Part shown: in pieces, positions 47,762 through 57,413 of the stretch
How the letters are laid out: every line of letters begins with the position of its first letter
How positions within the stretch are numbered: position 1 is the first letter of the stretch
Assembly: GCA_016840095.1 (NCBI GenBank)
Contig: JAEOSZ010000066.1
Location: 13,627 to 77,626 of the forward strand
Direction of reading: 5' to 3'
DNA length: 64,000 bases
From: Candidatus Heimdallarchaeota archaeon
GTDB lineage: Archaea > Asgardarchaeota > Heimdallarchaeia > Heimdallarchaeales > Heimdallarchaeaceae
Program-made: the position numbers and the translations under genes
Notes under the pieces: generated by a model
Database searches by the model: none
Told to the model about the DNA's origin: nothing
The model's input: the letters and a program-made list of their open reading frames with translations, nothing else

Positions 47762-49063
47762 ATGAAAGTTGTTATACTAGCAGCTGGCGAGGGTATAAGG
47801 TTACAACCCTTAACTGATTCTAGTCCAAAACCAATGTTGAAAGTTCTTGGAGAACCCATTTTAAAAAGAATAATAGATGGTTTTCTCAAATCTGGAATCA
47901 AATCATTTGTAATTGTCACACATTATATGGAAGAAAAAATCAGTAATTTCTTAGCTAAGGAATTTCCTTCTATTGAGTTTACTTTTCTCCATCAAGAGGA
48001 GTTGAAGGGAACAGGTAATGCTCTGTTTTTGACAAAAAACGAAATTAGTGATGATTTCTTCATTGCAGTGAACGGAGATTGTATATTTTCTGAATCTTTA
48101 ATAAAACAAACAGTTAAAGCAGCTGAAGCTGGCTCTATCTCTGTTGGAGGAAAATATACAAAAGACACAGAAAATTTTGGAATCATTATTGTAGATGAGA
48201 ATGACAAACCCATTAAAATGGTAGAAAAACCAAAAAAAGAAAATATTCCTTCGGGTTATGCAAATATTGGGTTGTATTCCTTAAGCAGAGAGATATTCAA
48301 AATTCTTGGTAATAAACATGAGAATAATGATGTTTCTTCAAGAGGAGAATATGAGATTCCAGATGCAGTTAACTTGTTATTAACTAACGGTAAATATCCA
48401 ACAAGTTTAGTGAAACTCAAAGAAAATGATTATTGGTTTGATTTAGGACGACCTTGGTCCTTATTGAAAGCAAATGAATATCTTCTATCAATAATTAAAG
48501 ACAGAAGAGAAGGTACAATAGAAGAAAATGTACACATCAAAGGCAATATAATTCTTAAGAAAGGAGCAATTTTAAGGAGTGGAACCTATATTGACGGTCC
48601 CGCATTCTTTGACGAAGGGGCTGATATTGGTCCCAATTGTTACATCAGGAAATTTTCATTCTTTGGTAAGAAAGCAAGAATAGGGAATGGATGCGAAGTC
48701 AAGAATTCTGTTATTGGCAATAATACACATGCTGCACACCTCTCATATATCGGGGATTCAATCATTGATGATGACTGTAATCTAGCAGCTGGAACAATCA
48801 CCGCTAATTTACGCATTGATAAAAAATCAATTCTTGTGTCTGTTAAAGGAATAAAGGAAGATAGTGGTAGGAGAAAACTAGGGGTGATCATGGGTAAGGG
48901 AGTAGAAACAGGCATAGGTGCTCTATTGATGCCTGGAGTAAAAATAGGTAGTAATTCTTGGATAGGTGCTGGAACGATTGTTAAAGAAGATATACCTCCA
49001 GATTCAATTTATTTTAGTTCACAGAATTATACTGTAAAAAGGAAAAGAAAAGATGCAGATTAA
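47762..49063 (+). CDS. Bifunctional sugar-1-phosphate nucleotidyltransferase/acetyltransferase (archaeal GlmU-like)
   Basis: MKVVILAAGEGIRLQPLT nucleotidyltransferase N-terminus and C-terminal hexapeptide (left-handed beta-helix) repeats. Confidence 0.85.
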   Translation: MKVVILAAGEGIRLQPLTDSSPKPMLKVLGEPILKRIIDGFLKSGIKSFVIVTHYMEEKISNFLAKEFPSIEFTFLHQEELKGTGNALFLTKNEISDDFFIAVNGDCIFSESLIKQTVKAAEAGSISVGGKYTKDTENFGIIIVDENDKPIKMVEKPKKENIPSGYANIGLYSLSREIFKILGNKHENNDVSSRGEYEIPDAVNLLLTNGKYPTSLVKLKENDYWFDLGRPWSLLKANEYLLSIIKDRREGTIEENVHIKGNIILKKGAILRSGTYIDGPAFFDEGADIGPNCYIRKFSFFGKKARIGNGCEVKNSVIGNNTHAAHLSYIGDSIIDDDCNLAAGTITANLRIDKKSILVSVKGIKEDSGRRKLGVIMGKGVETGIGALLMPGVKIGSNSWIGAGTIVKEDIPPDSIYFSSQNYTVKRKRKDAD

Positions 49064-50666
49064 AGAACTGAATGCAATAAAGAAAAATTGGACCCATGAA
49101 AAAATCAAAATCGGTTTAATTTATCCGAATACTTATCGTGTAGCTATGACAAGTTTAGGTGTTCAGCTGTTATATTTCTTATTTAATGATGACAAAGATC
49201 TCCTTTGTGAACGAATTTTCAAACCTCTAAATCCTAAAATTGCTCCTTATTCATTGGAAAGTCAGAAGAATCTCAAAGACTTCGATGTTTTAGCAATTTC
49301 CTGTCAATTTGAACACGATTACATTCAAGCAATTGATTTGTTGTTTAGAGGTGGAATTAATCCTGATGTTAGGCAGAGAAAGGATTCAGATCCATTAATC
49401 ATTTTAGGTGGTCCTTCTATAACTGCAAATCCATTTCCTGTTTTATTTGCTGGAGATATCTTCTTCTTAGGTGACATAGAACCAGTCAGCGAAGATTTCA
49501 TCTCAGCTTTAAAACATCCAAGCAAGAAGAAAAAAACAGAAGCACTAACCTCAGTACAGGGTATTATTGCCTATTCTTATCATTTTACAGATGAAGGAAA
49601 ATGGATAGGTAACAAAGTTAAAAGTGTCAAACTAAAAGATATTTCTAATTCTTTTTATCCTATAAAACAAATTATACCTGAAGGCGTAAAAGGCACTAAG
49701 AATGAACCTATTTTTGGTAAAGCATATTATTTAGAGACAGATAGAGGATGCTCAGAAAGGTGTAAATTCTGCTTTGTAGGTCATTGCAGATTTCCCAGAA
49801 CTTCAAGATCCCTAGATAGTTTAATTGATATTATTGATCATGCTAGTGAAGTGAATGATTTTGACAAGATAGTTCTTTATGGTAGTGCTATTGCACAATC
49901 TGGTACTCTTGAGGAACTGATAGAATATATTGTGGATAGGGGGTATGAAGTATCTTGTTCATCGTTCAGAGCGGACTATCTTTCAGAAAAGCTGTTAAAA
50001 ACGCTTAGAAAAGGAAAACAGCGCACTCTATCTTTAGCTCCTGAAACTGGGGATGAATCTCTCAGAATGGCTCTGAATAAAAGAATGGATGATGAAACAA
50101 TTTTCTCTGCCCTTAAGATTGCTTGGGACACAGGTTTTAGACAAATAAAGCTTTATATGATCTATGGATTTCCTTGTGAAGACGAAAAAATAAGAGACGA
50201 AACAAAGAACTTCTTAAGTACAATCAGAAGCAGCTATTTTCCTACAGGACGAATAGGAATTTCCATGAATCAGTTTATCACAAAAGCGCATACTCCTTTT
50301 CAATTTGCACCAATGATAGGAGTTAAGGAATCTAAAGAGGAGCAAAAGTGGTATAAAAGCAATTTATATCAAATAAAAAATATTGATCTGTCGCTTTACG
50401 CACCAGAGTGGTCAATAATTCAAAGAGTTTTATCCTTACAGAATCATGAGTATTATCCTGTTATTTATCAAATCGCTAAAGGAAAAAATACTGTTGGAAG
50501 TTGGAAAATAGCTCTCAAAGAAATTGATAGTAGTTTAGATATGGAAGCTAAATGGAATTATGGGATTGATCAACCACTTCCTTGGGACAACATTGTTCAT
50601 ACTTTAGAAAAGAAAACACTTATTTCTTCTTATTTAAAATATCTCGAAACAATGGAATGCAAGTGA
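49053..50666 (+). CDS. Radical SAM protein, B12-binding-like N-terminal domain (TIGR03960-like uncharacterised family)
   Basis: KIGLIYPNTYRVAMTSLGVQLLYFLFN..CERIFKP N-terminus and radical SAM cluster CSERCKFC. 11-nt overlap with the upstream gene. Confidence 0.8.
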   Translation: MQIKELNAIKKNWTHEKIKIGLIYPNTYRVAMTSLGVQLLYFLFNDDKDLLCERIFKPLNPKIAPYSLESQKNLKDFDVLAISCQFEHDYIQAIDLLFRGGINPDVRQRKDSDPLIILGGPSITANPFPVLFAGDIFFLGDIEPVSEDFISALKHPSKKKKTEALTSVQGIIAYSYHFTDEGKWIGNKVKSVKLKDISNSFYPIKQIIPEGVKGTKNEPIFGKAYYLETDRGCSERCKFCFVGHCRFPRTSRSLDSLIDIIDHASEVNDFDKIVLYGSAIAQSGTLEELIEYIVDRGYEVSCSSFRADYLSEKLLKTLRKGKQRTLSLAPETGDESLRMALNKRMDDETIFSALKIAWDTGFRQIKLYMIYGFPCEDEKIRDETKNFLSTIRSSYFPTGRIGISMNQFITKAHTPFQFAPMIGVKESKEEQKWYKSNLYQIKNIDLSLYAPEWSIIQRVLSLQNHEYYPVIYQIAKGKNTVGSWKIALKEIDSSLDMEAKWNYGIDQPLPWDNIVHTLEKKTLISSYLKYLETMECK

Positions 50667-50667
50667 T

Positions 50668-51324
50668 ATGACTTCTGACTTTCCTCAAACTATTCTAGAT
50701 GCTCAGATTTTTCAAGAAAAAATTGCAAAAAAAGTAATTTTAGAGGACAAATATTCAAAAATTAAGAAAATTGGAGCTTTCGATATTGCTTATAAAGAAG
50801 GTAATGCATTTACAGCAGGAATCGTAATTGACTACGAAAGCGAAGAAATTCTTGAGGAAAAAGTAATAGTTAGCAAAGTTCCTTTTCCCTATGTTCCAAC
50901 TTATCTATTCCTTCGAGAAGTCCCTTCATTCATCTCACTATTCTCAGAGATTTCAATAAAACCTGATTTAGTTTTAATTGATGGACATGGTATCGCTCAT
51001 CCAAAAAACACAGGATCTGCAACAGTTTTTGGAGTAACAGCTAAAATTCCTTCTATAGGTGTTGCAAAGAAACCTTTGAGATTTTTCAAATACAAACAAA
51101 CCGAAAATGAATTTCTAAAACAGATTATACTGAAGGAGAAGTTTGTTGGTTTTAGATATCAACCTAAAACAAAATGGAATCCAGTTTTCATATCTCCAGG
51201 ACACAATGTTTCAGTTAAATCTTCATTTAAATTGATTCAAAATCTTTTCAAAAATCAATTCAAACTACCTTTGCCTTTACACAAAGCCCACAATTTGGCA
51301 ACAGAATTTAGAAAAGCAAACTGA
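50668..51324 (+). CDS. nfi: Endonuclease V
   Basis: GAFDIAY.., PYVPTYLFLREVP, LIDGHGIAHPKNTGSATVFGV, IGVAKK. Start is 1 nt after the radical SAM stop. Confidence 0.85.
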   Translation: MTSDFPQTILDAQIFQEKIAKKVILEDKYSKIKKIGAFDIAYKEGNAFTAGIVIDYESEEILEEKVIVSKVPFPYVPTYLFLREVPSFISLFSEISIKPDLVLIDGHGIAHPKNTGSATVFGVTAKIPSIGVAKKPLRFFKYKQTENEFLKQIILKEKFVGFRYQPKTKWNPVFISPGHNVSVKSSFKLIQNLFKNQFKLPLPLHKAHNLATEFRKAN

Positions 51325-51823
51325 ATCTGTATCGTATTATACCTTAAGCTTCTTCTTAGTTATTCATTTTTAACAAGCTTTTATTATATCAAAATATCAA
51401 TTTATGGCAAAAAATTAAACCTATTAAGAAATAACACAATAACAGTCTATCTTGCTTGTTTAGTTACTTATTTATGGAAAACTCCTAAAATAGTAGTTTT
51501 CCTAAGTATTAGTAGAAAATGGTTCTTTTTACTACCAAAAGATTAAATTTTTCCTAAAACAACATTTTTTTTGAAAAAAAATTCTACACAAAAATATAAA
51601 AAACAAAATACCCCTATTCATGTTGATTTCTTGCTTTTAAAGCATATTGTGCAAATTTTTAAAGTTGCAGTTTAGGAAACTGTTTTTTTTGTAGTTTTTG
51701 TTTGTGGTTTAAAAAAAACGTGAAAACGGCTTATAACGCCACAAATCAGTTTAAAGCGCATGAATTAATTTTAAATAACTTTAAAAAGGGAACTTGTCGA
51801 GTATTGATTAACCAAGTAAGGAA

Positions 51824-52078
51824 ATGGTTTATGTGGCAATAGCTCTTGAAAATCCTAATATTAATCAAAACAATTTAACTGGGTTACCCCCTAGCGCAAT
51901 TACAATTTTTAAGATAGTAATCGGCAAAGGACCTATTACTAGTAGTGAAATAGTCGATTTATGCAGTTTAGCTCCAAGAACTGTACGACATGGACTAAAA
52001 TTGTTAGTCAGAGCTGGTTTAATTCAAAAACTTCCTCATTTACTTGATATGAGATCATGTAAATTTTACGTTGATTAA
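51824..52078 (+). CDS. Small wHTH (TrmB/MarR-like) DNA-binding protein
   Basis: ITIFKIVIGKGPITSSEIVDLCSLAPRTVRHGLKLLVRAGLIQK. Confidence 0.5.
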   Translation: MVYVAIALENPNINQNNLTGLPPSAITIFKIVIGKGPITSSEIVDLCSLAPRTVRHGLKLLVRAGLIQKLPHLLDMRSCKFYVD

Positions 52079-52140
52079 AGCACAGAAAATTCTTCTTTGC
52101 TTTAATTTTTACTTATTTTTAAGAATAGAATAAGAGGGGA

Positions 52141-54405
52141 TTACACCTCTACATCACTTGAATGGAATAGAACATCTCGATTAATTGCGGATTTAAAGAG
52201 ACCCAAGAGCAACTCATTTGTAGTTCTTATAGCTATAGGTACTGAATCGGCTGTTAGGAATGCAAAAACAGCCTCGTGATTTCCATCTAAAATACCACAA
52301 TAGACGTCTTTCTTATCATAGTGTTTCAATTTTAATCCTGTAAATCTTTCTGAAAGTGGTCTTAAAATAGATTGATGTCTTTTATCAAAATAAGAAACCA
52401 AAGTAACTCGCTGTGCTTTAGTATATTGCATCATCTCTTTAAGAAGGTCTTCATCAACTTCTGGTGTAACCAAGAGGAGCTCATAATTTGATCTCATGGC
52501 AATATCTGTTATACTTGCTTTGATGGCCTCATCTCCAACAATGATTGAAGTATCATGTTGACCGTCAAAGGAATATGAAGAAGCAGCACTATCAACTTGT
52601 CTCAACTCATCTTCTCTAGTGTTAATAACTTGGTAGAAAGTCATTGCTTTCTCCAGCAGAGAATCCATTTGAAAGTCTAATATTTCATCTACGTCTTTTA
52701 TAACAGCAGCTACTTGAGAAACTAGGGTGTTGATTTGTATCTCTTCACCTTCAGAAATCTGTTCAACTATCTGATCTTTCTGTTCATCTTTGTAATCCTT
52801 CAAATGTTGTTTTAGTTCAGTTAGTTGCATAGCTAATTGATTTCTTTTATCTTCTGATTTTTGTTGAAAGAGTTCTAAAGAGCCTTGTATTTTTTCTTTC
52901 AAATCAAGAGCCATTTTTTCAGAATCTTGCTTTGATTTACTTAATTCTTTAATTGTGTCATCTTGAATCTTATTGATAATTTTCGTCTTTTCAGTGTCAT
53001 GTACTTGAAAATCTTTCAATACTTGTTCTTTAGTCTCATTCAGTTGATTCACTACATTTTCTTTTAACTGCCCTGTAACTTCTGAACAGGAATCAAATGA
53101 AGAAGAGGCATAATTTTCTGTTTGATTTTGTAGTAGTTCCAAAAGATTCTTAGGAAGTAAATCAACTTTTTCCAATTTAGTACCTGTTAGTTCATTCTTC
53201 TTTGTTCGTACAGTTGTTTCTCCAGCTATTTGGAAATGGTCTAGTTTAGAACGTAAAGCATCTCTTACTTCATTCAAAGATAGTACATGTTGATCTATTA
53301 ATTGTAATCCGCTCTCGTTCAAATCATTAGCTAAATTACGAACTGTATCTCTAGCATCTTGAAGAGGTGATTCAACCTGTTTTTTCCCTTTGCTTAATGC
53401 TTCAGCAATTTTTGAAGATAAGAAGTTAGTCTGTCTGTCAATCTGCTCAACACTTCTTCTAAGTTCTTGTGTTTGTTTGATTTGACCAGAGAAGATATTA
53501 TTCACTTCTGAAGATAACTCATCGACTACTTTTTTAGATTCTAGTGTCCAAGCACTATAAGCTTCCTGCCAAATTTTATTGTAATTATCAAGAAATGATT
53601 CTTGAACCTCAGTTAACTCATTAACCAAATCCTTTAGAGCGTTATCTAAATCAGGAGCTAATTTTTCAAGAAATTCTTTATGATTTTCTGTATGGGCATC
53701 TAAACCATTGTTTATGATTTGTGTTAAGTTTTCAAAAGAACCTTTTATTTTTTCTTCAGTTGCATCTACTAAAACATCACTATTGTGCTTTGCTGTATGA
53801 TGGAACTGTTTAACAAATGCATTAAGTTCTTGCACAAAAGTTTCCAGTTGAGCTGAAAAAACATAAGGCTGATCCATCACTTGATTCAGATATCCAGTTA
53901 CTTCTTTTTCTGTTTCTGTTATGAAGGCAGAAGCAGTTGTTTCAGTTTGTTCACTATGCTCTAAATACTGCTGGAATAGTGCATCAACAACCTGTTTAAT
54001 TATACCACTGACTACGTGAATGTCAAAAACAGTCCCTTCACCTGTTAATTCCAAGGTCCCTCCAAATTTATTTTTCTTTTCTTTGTAATCCTCTTTAGTT
54101 CCTTTTAACGCAGTAATAACACCATCTAAGGAGTATAAAGCATCTTTTTCAATAACAATGTATTCTTTCAGAAAAGGAAGCATACCAAAGTATTGGGGAG
54201 TTTTTCCTGCTGTTTTCTTCAAGAAACCCAATTCTTCCAAGTTCTTAACTGATTGAATGAGGGTAAGAGGATCTAAACCTGTTACGACTAGTAACTCACC
54301 AATAGTTACTTTGCCTAATCCAAGTGTAGCAGAATACACTTTAATATCAATTTCATTAAAACCTATACGAGTTAATAATGGAGGTAGTATTTCTATTCTT
54401 GACAT
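52141..54405 (-). CDS. TrmB-type wHTH protein with ~500-aa coiled-coil insert (paralogue of 3420-5663)
   Basis: N-terminus FNEIDIKVYSATLGLGKVTIGELLVVTGLDPLTLIQSVKNLEELGFLKK, long heptad-rich middle, ~140-aa globular C-terminus. Confidence 0.6.
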   Translation of the reverse strand: MSRIEILPPLLTRIGFNEIDIKVYSATLGLGKVTIGELLVVTGLDPLTLIQSVKNLEELGFLKKTAGKTPQYFGMLPFLKEYIVIEKDALYSLDGVITALKGTKEDYKEKKNKFGGTLELTGEGTVFDIHVVSGIIKQVVDALFQQYLEHSEQTETTASAFITETEKEVTGYLNQVMDQPYVFSAQLETFVQELNAFVKQFHHTAKHNSDVLVDATEEKIKGSFENLTQIINNGLDAHTENHKEFLEKLAPDLDNALKDLVNELTEVQESFLDNYNKIWQEAYSAWTLESKKVVDELSSEVNNIFSGQIKQTQELRRSVEQIDRQTNFLSSKIAEALSKGKKQVESPLQDARDTVRNLANDLNESGLQLIDQHVLSLNEVRDALRSKLDHFQIAGETTVRTKKNELTGTKLEKVDLLPKNLLELLQNQTENYASSSFDSCSEVTGQLKENVVNQLNETKEQVLKDFQVHDTEKTKIINKIQDDTIKELSKSKQDSEKMALDLKEKIQGSLELFQQKSEDKRNQLAMQLTELKQHLKDYKDEQKDQIVEQISEGEEIQINTLVSQVAAVIKDVDEILDFQMDSLLEKAMTFYQVINTREDELRQVDSAASSYSFDGQHDTSIIVGDEAIKASITDIAMRSNYELLLVTPEVDEDLLKEMMQYTKAQRVTLVSYFDKRHQSILRPLSERFTGLKLKHYDKKDVYCGILDGNHEAVFAFLTADSVPIAIRTTNELLLGLFKSAINRDVLFHSSDVEV

Positions 54406-54527
54406 TTTTTTCAGCCTTTTTTACTTGTATTAAGTAGCTTTGGTTTACTACATAAATTTTATTGCAATAAAGAAATATTTTATCTTACTTAAAAAGAATA
54501 TACAAAAGGCAAACCTGTTTTTTTGTT

Positions 54528-55181
54528 CTAGTCATCCTCTACCCCATTTCTAGGACAATAGGATTTCAAAAAACATTCGTTACATTTTGGTTTTAGTGCT
54601 TTGCAGATAGATCGTCCATGAGAGATTAGCAAATGTGTTATTCGCCCCCATTTTTTCTGAGGAAGAACCTGCATCAAGTCCTTTTCAATTTTGTAAGGAT
54701 CTTTGTTAGCTGTTAAACCAAGTCTAAAAGAAATACGCTTAACATGTGTATCTACTGCTATTCCTTCATGAATTTTAAACCAGTCATTTAGAAGAACATT
54801 AGCTGTTTTTCTGCCAATTCCAGGTAAGCTCGTTAATTCTTTGAGAGATGTTGGTATCTGCGAATTGTATCTCTTAATCAGCTCCTTTGACATTTCATGG
54901 ATGAACTTTGCCTTATTTCGATATAAACCAACCTTAGAGATTGCTTTTTCAATTTCTTCAAGAGATGAATTTGCAAAAGATTCAGGGTCAGGATAAGAAG
55001 AAAACAGCTCTTTAGTTATGGAATTTACTTGTTTATCTGTACTTTGAGCACTCAATATAGTAGCTACTAGTAATTGATAAGGAGTGTTATAATTAGATAA
55101 CCCTCCTTTAAACTGAGGATAATGTTCCTCAAGTTTTTCCAAATAAAAGAGGGTCCTTTTCTTAATTGAAGCACTCATCAA
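54528..55181 (-). CDS. nth: Endonuclease III
   Basis: HhH LPGIGRKTANVLL, catalytic-Lys/Asp context, C-terminal [4Fe-4S] loop CKALKPKCNECFLKSYC. Confidence 0.9.
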   Translation of the reverse strand: MMSASIKKRTLFYLEKLEEHYPQFKGGLSNYNTPYQLLVATILSAQSTDKQVNSITKELFSSYPDPESFANSSLEEIEKAISKVGLYRNKAKFIHEMSKELIKRYNSQIPTSLKELTSLPGIGRKTANVLLNDWFKIHEGIAVDTHVKRISFRLGLTANKDPYKIEKDLMQVLPQKKWGRITHLLISHGRSICKALKPKCNECFLKSYCPRNGVEDD

Positions 55182-55308
55182 TGAAGAGGTAAAATGAAGT
55201 AATTTATATGTTTTCCAATAACATATTCTTCAAGATAGAATTTTGTAAAATGTTAATACTTAAAATACTAGTTGAGAAGAAAGAACAAGCAATTTTAAGG
55301 AGATTTTA

Positions 55309-55872
55309 ATGAATACTTTTAAAGAAAGGCAACTAAACAGTAATTGGAAAGAAGTTGGATACATACTTCTCAAAAGTCTGATATTCACAGGATTTTTCGC
55401 AATTTTACATTATCTTTACTATTTAAATCCCAATCCTTTCTTCCAAGCAATATCTGGAAGAGATGAATCAGTTTTTCAGCATTTGAAAATGGGATTTTTT
55501 GGATACTTATTATTAATAGGAGTAGACTTCCTTATTAAAAGAAAGAAAATCGAGAATAGAAGTTCATTCACGTTTTCTAGGTTATTGACCAGTTTACTTG
55601 TACCATGGATAATTTTTGTTATCTGGTACTTGGTACCAGCAATAATTGGATTACCTTTATCCTTTGGTTGGGAATTAGCCTGGGCAATGATTGTTGTATT
55701 TATTACCGGTATTATGGGAGCTATAATTGACAAAAATACCGAGAAACTGGAATTCAACTTATCAGTAAAAATAATTATTATTGGAATAGCATTGATTTCA
55801 GCTTTTATCTTTATATGGTTTTCATTTGGAGAAGGTCCATGGATTGATGTTTTCACACTACATGAACATTGA
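55309..55872 (+). CDS. Multi-pass membrane protein, unknown function
   Basis: Five or so hydrophobic helices. No motif. Confidence 0.45.
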   Translation: MNTFKERQLNSNWKEVGYILLKSLIFTGFFAILHYLYYLNPNPFFQAISGRDESVFQHLKMGFFGYLLLIGVDFLIKRKKIENRSSFTFSRLLTSLLVPWIIFVIWYLVPAIIGLPLSFGWELAWAMIVVFITGIMGAIIDKNTEKLEFNLSVKIIIIGIALISAFIFIWFSFGEGPWIDVFTLHEH

Positions 55873-56019
55873 ATGAAAACATATTTTTCTTTTTTTACAA
55901 TTACTACAAAACTGAACTATAAGATGTAGAACAACGGCAGAATCATATACGTAAAGAAATATCAAATAGTTTAAATAGTATCCGAGAGTATAAATAAATT
56001 GTATAAAGGGGAATATAGA

Positions 56020-56589
56020 ATGGGTGCAGGACAACGGAAAATCTTCAAGATAACCTTACTTGGTGATGGTGCCGTAGGTAAGACAAGTCTCCGAAAAACC
56101 TATCTAGGAGAAGGTTTCAAAGACGGCTATTCCATGACCATAGGTGCAGATTTCGCTGTTAAGCGTTTAAGAATTGATGATCAAGATTTTGTTGCACAAA
56201 TCTGGGATCTTGCAGGCCAACAAAGGTTCTCTGCTGTTCGTGAGGTTTACTATCGAGGAACATCTGGTTGTTTATTGGTGTTTGATATTTCAAGGCGTTC
56301 TAGTTTTGAGAATATTCCATCGTGGATTGCAGAACTTCTCAAGAACAATAGTAATAGAGTCGTACCAATTGTATTGATTGGTAACAAGAGCGATCTTCGT
56401 GCTACAGCTAAAGATCCTATTATGCGCGAACAATCAGAAGAATATGCTCGTAACCTCTCTGCTTGGTCAGGATTTACAGTTCCATATATTGAAACATCTG
56501 CAAAAACAGGTGAAAATGTCGATGAGGCATTTAAGACTCTTCTAAAGAACATTGTTTTGTTCTACGAAAAATTATATGCACAACAATAA
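56020..56589 (+). CDS. Rab/Ras-like small GTPase
   Basis: G1 GDGAVGKTS, G2 MTIGADF, G3 WDLAGQQ, G4 GNKSDL, G5 ETSAK. ATG at 56020 is preceded by AAGGGG. No C-terminal cysteine. Confidence 0.85.
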   Translation: MGAGQRKIFKITLLGDGAVGKTSLRKTYLGEGFKDGYSMTIGADFAVKRLRIDDQDFVAQIWDLAGQQRFSAVREVYYRGTSGCLLVFDISRRSSFENIPSWIAELLKNNSNRVVPIVLIGNKSDLRATAKDPIMREQSEEYARNLSAWSGFTVPYIETSAKTGENVDEAFKTLLKNIVLFYEKLYAQQ

Positions 56590-56615
56590 GGAAATTATTC
56601 CTTTTCTTTATTTTA

Positions 56616-57413
56616 TTATTGATTATTAACTCGTATATTCATAGTATCTTCATCAAATTCGGGATGAAGCGAAACGGTTCCATCTTCGTTTACATTTAGA
56701 ATCTTCATCTGCTCTAATTCAGAAATGTACTTTCTTGTTTGAGATAGAGAGACGCCGAGTACAAAAGAAAGTTGAATTGGGGCTATAACACCCATCCTTC
56801 TTAGCAAATTTATAATGTTGAATCTTGGATCAGAAGTGACTATTCTTTCTAGAACACTTTTCTGTTTCATCCATTTTTCCATTTCTTTTGTGATTTTCTC
56901 CATCTTATCTTCGAGTTCCTTCTTTTCTGCTTCTATAGCAACAATTTGATCAGATAATTCATAAATCAGAGATTCTCTTTCCTCTAGAAGAAGATTAAGC
57001 ATATCTTTTTCCCTTTGAAAATCTTCTATAACTCTTGTATCAACACTTCCATTTTCAGAGGAATCACTTGGTTTCTTCTGAATTTTCCTTCTATCTTGCT
57101 GATATGGTGATACCGAAAACATACTTGATAAGAAATTAAAAAGCCTAAAGAATTCTGATTTCATTTCTGAAATTATGACTTCTGAAGAATTTTCTAGAAG
57201 TTCATTTACATATCGTATTGCAGGATCTAGTTCTAGAGTTGATTCCTGTTTCTTTTTCTTAGTTTTTTCTACTTTCCCTTCCTTCTTAGGAGCTTTGAGA
57301 TTTTCTTTTAGTTCTTCAACTTCTTCAGAAAGTTTGGTGATTTCTGATGCTATTTCATGAAATTCGTCTTCTTCTACAGGTTCTTTCTCTTCGTAATTTT
57401 CCATCAAAATCAT
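56616..57413 (-). CDS. Acidic/coiled-coil protein with C-terminal wHTH
   Basis: E/K-rich heptad regions. C-terminus IINLLRRMGVIAPIQLSFVLGVSLSQTRKYISELEQMKIL. The ATG directly abuts the upstream gene's TAG (57413/57414). Confidence 0.5.
   Translation of the reverse strand: MILMENYEEKEPVEEDEFHEIASEITKLSEEVEELKENLKAPKKEGKVEKTKKKKQESTLELDPAIRYVNELLENSSEVIISEMKSEFFRLFNFLSSMFSVSPYQQDRRKIQKKPSDSSENGSVDTRVIEDFQREKDMLNLLLEERESLIYELSDQIVAIEAEKKELEDKMEKITKEMEKWMKQKSVLERIVTSDPRFNIINLLRRMGVIAPIQLSFVLGVSLSQTRKYISELEQMKILNVNEDGTVSLHPEFDEDTMNIRVNNQ

Noticed and set aside
51325-51823. Replication origin (oriC) hypothesis for the long AT-rich spacer
   Set aside because: I found no ORB/mini-ORB-like repeated boxes and no adjacent orc1/cdc6 gene. 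It is kept only as an unexplained spacer, not as an origin call.
55476-55856. 126-aa minus-strand ORF
   Set aside because: It is antisense to the plus-strand membrane protein (55309-55872). That gene has regular TM-helix periodicity and a better start context.
56020-56040. N-terminal MG of the small GTPase as an N-myristoylation signal
   Set aside because: The sequence MGAGQRK lacks the Ser/Thr at position 6 of the eukaryotic consensus. N-myristoyltransferase is also not known in archaea.
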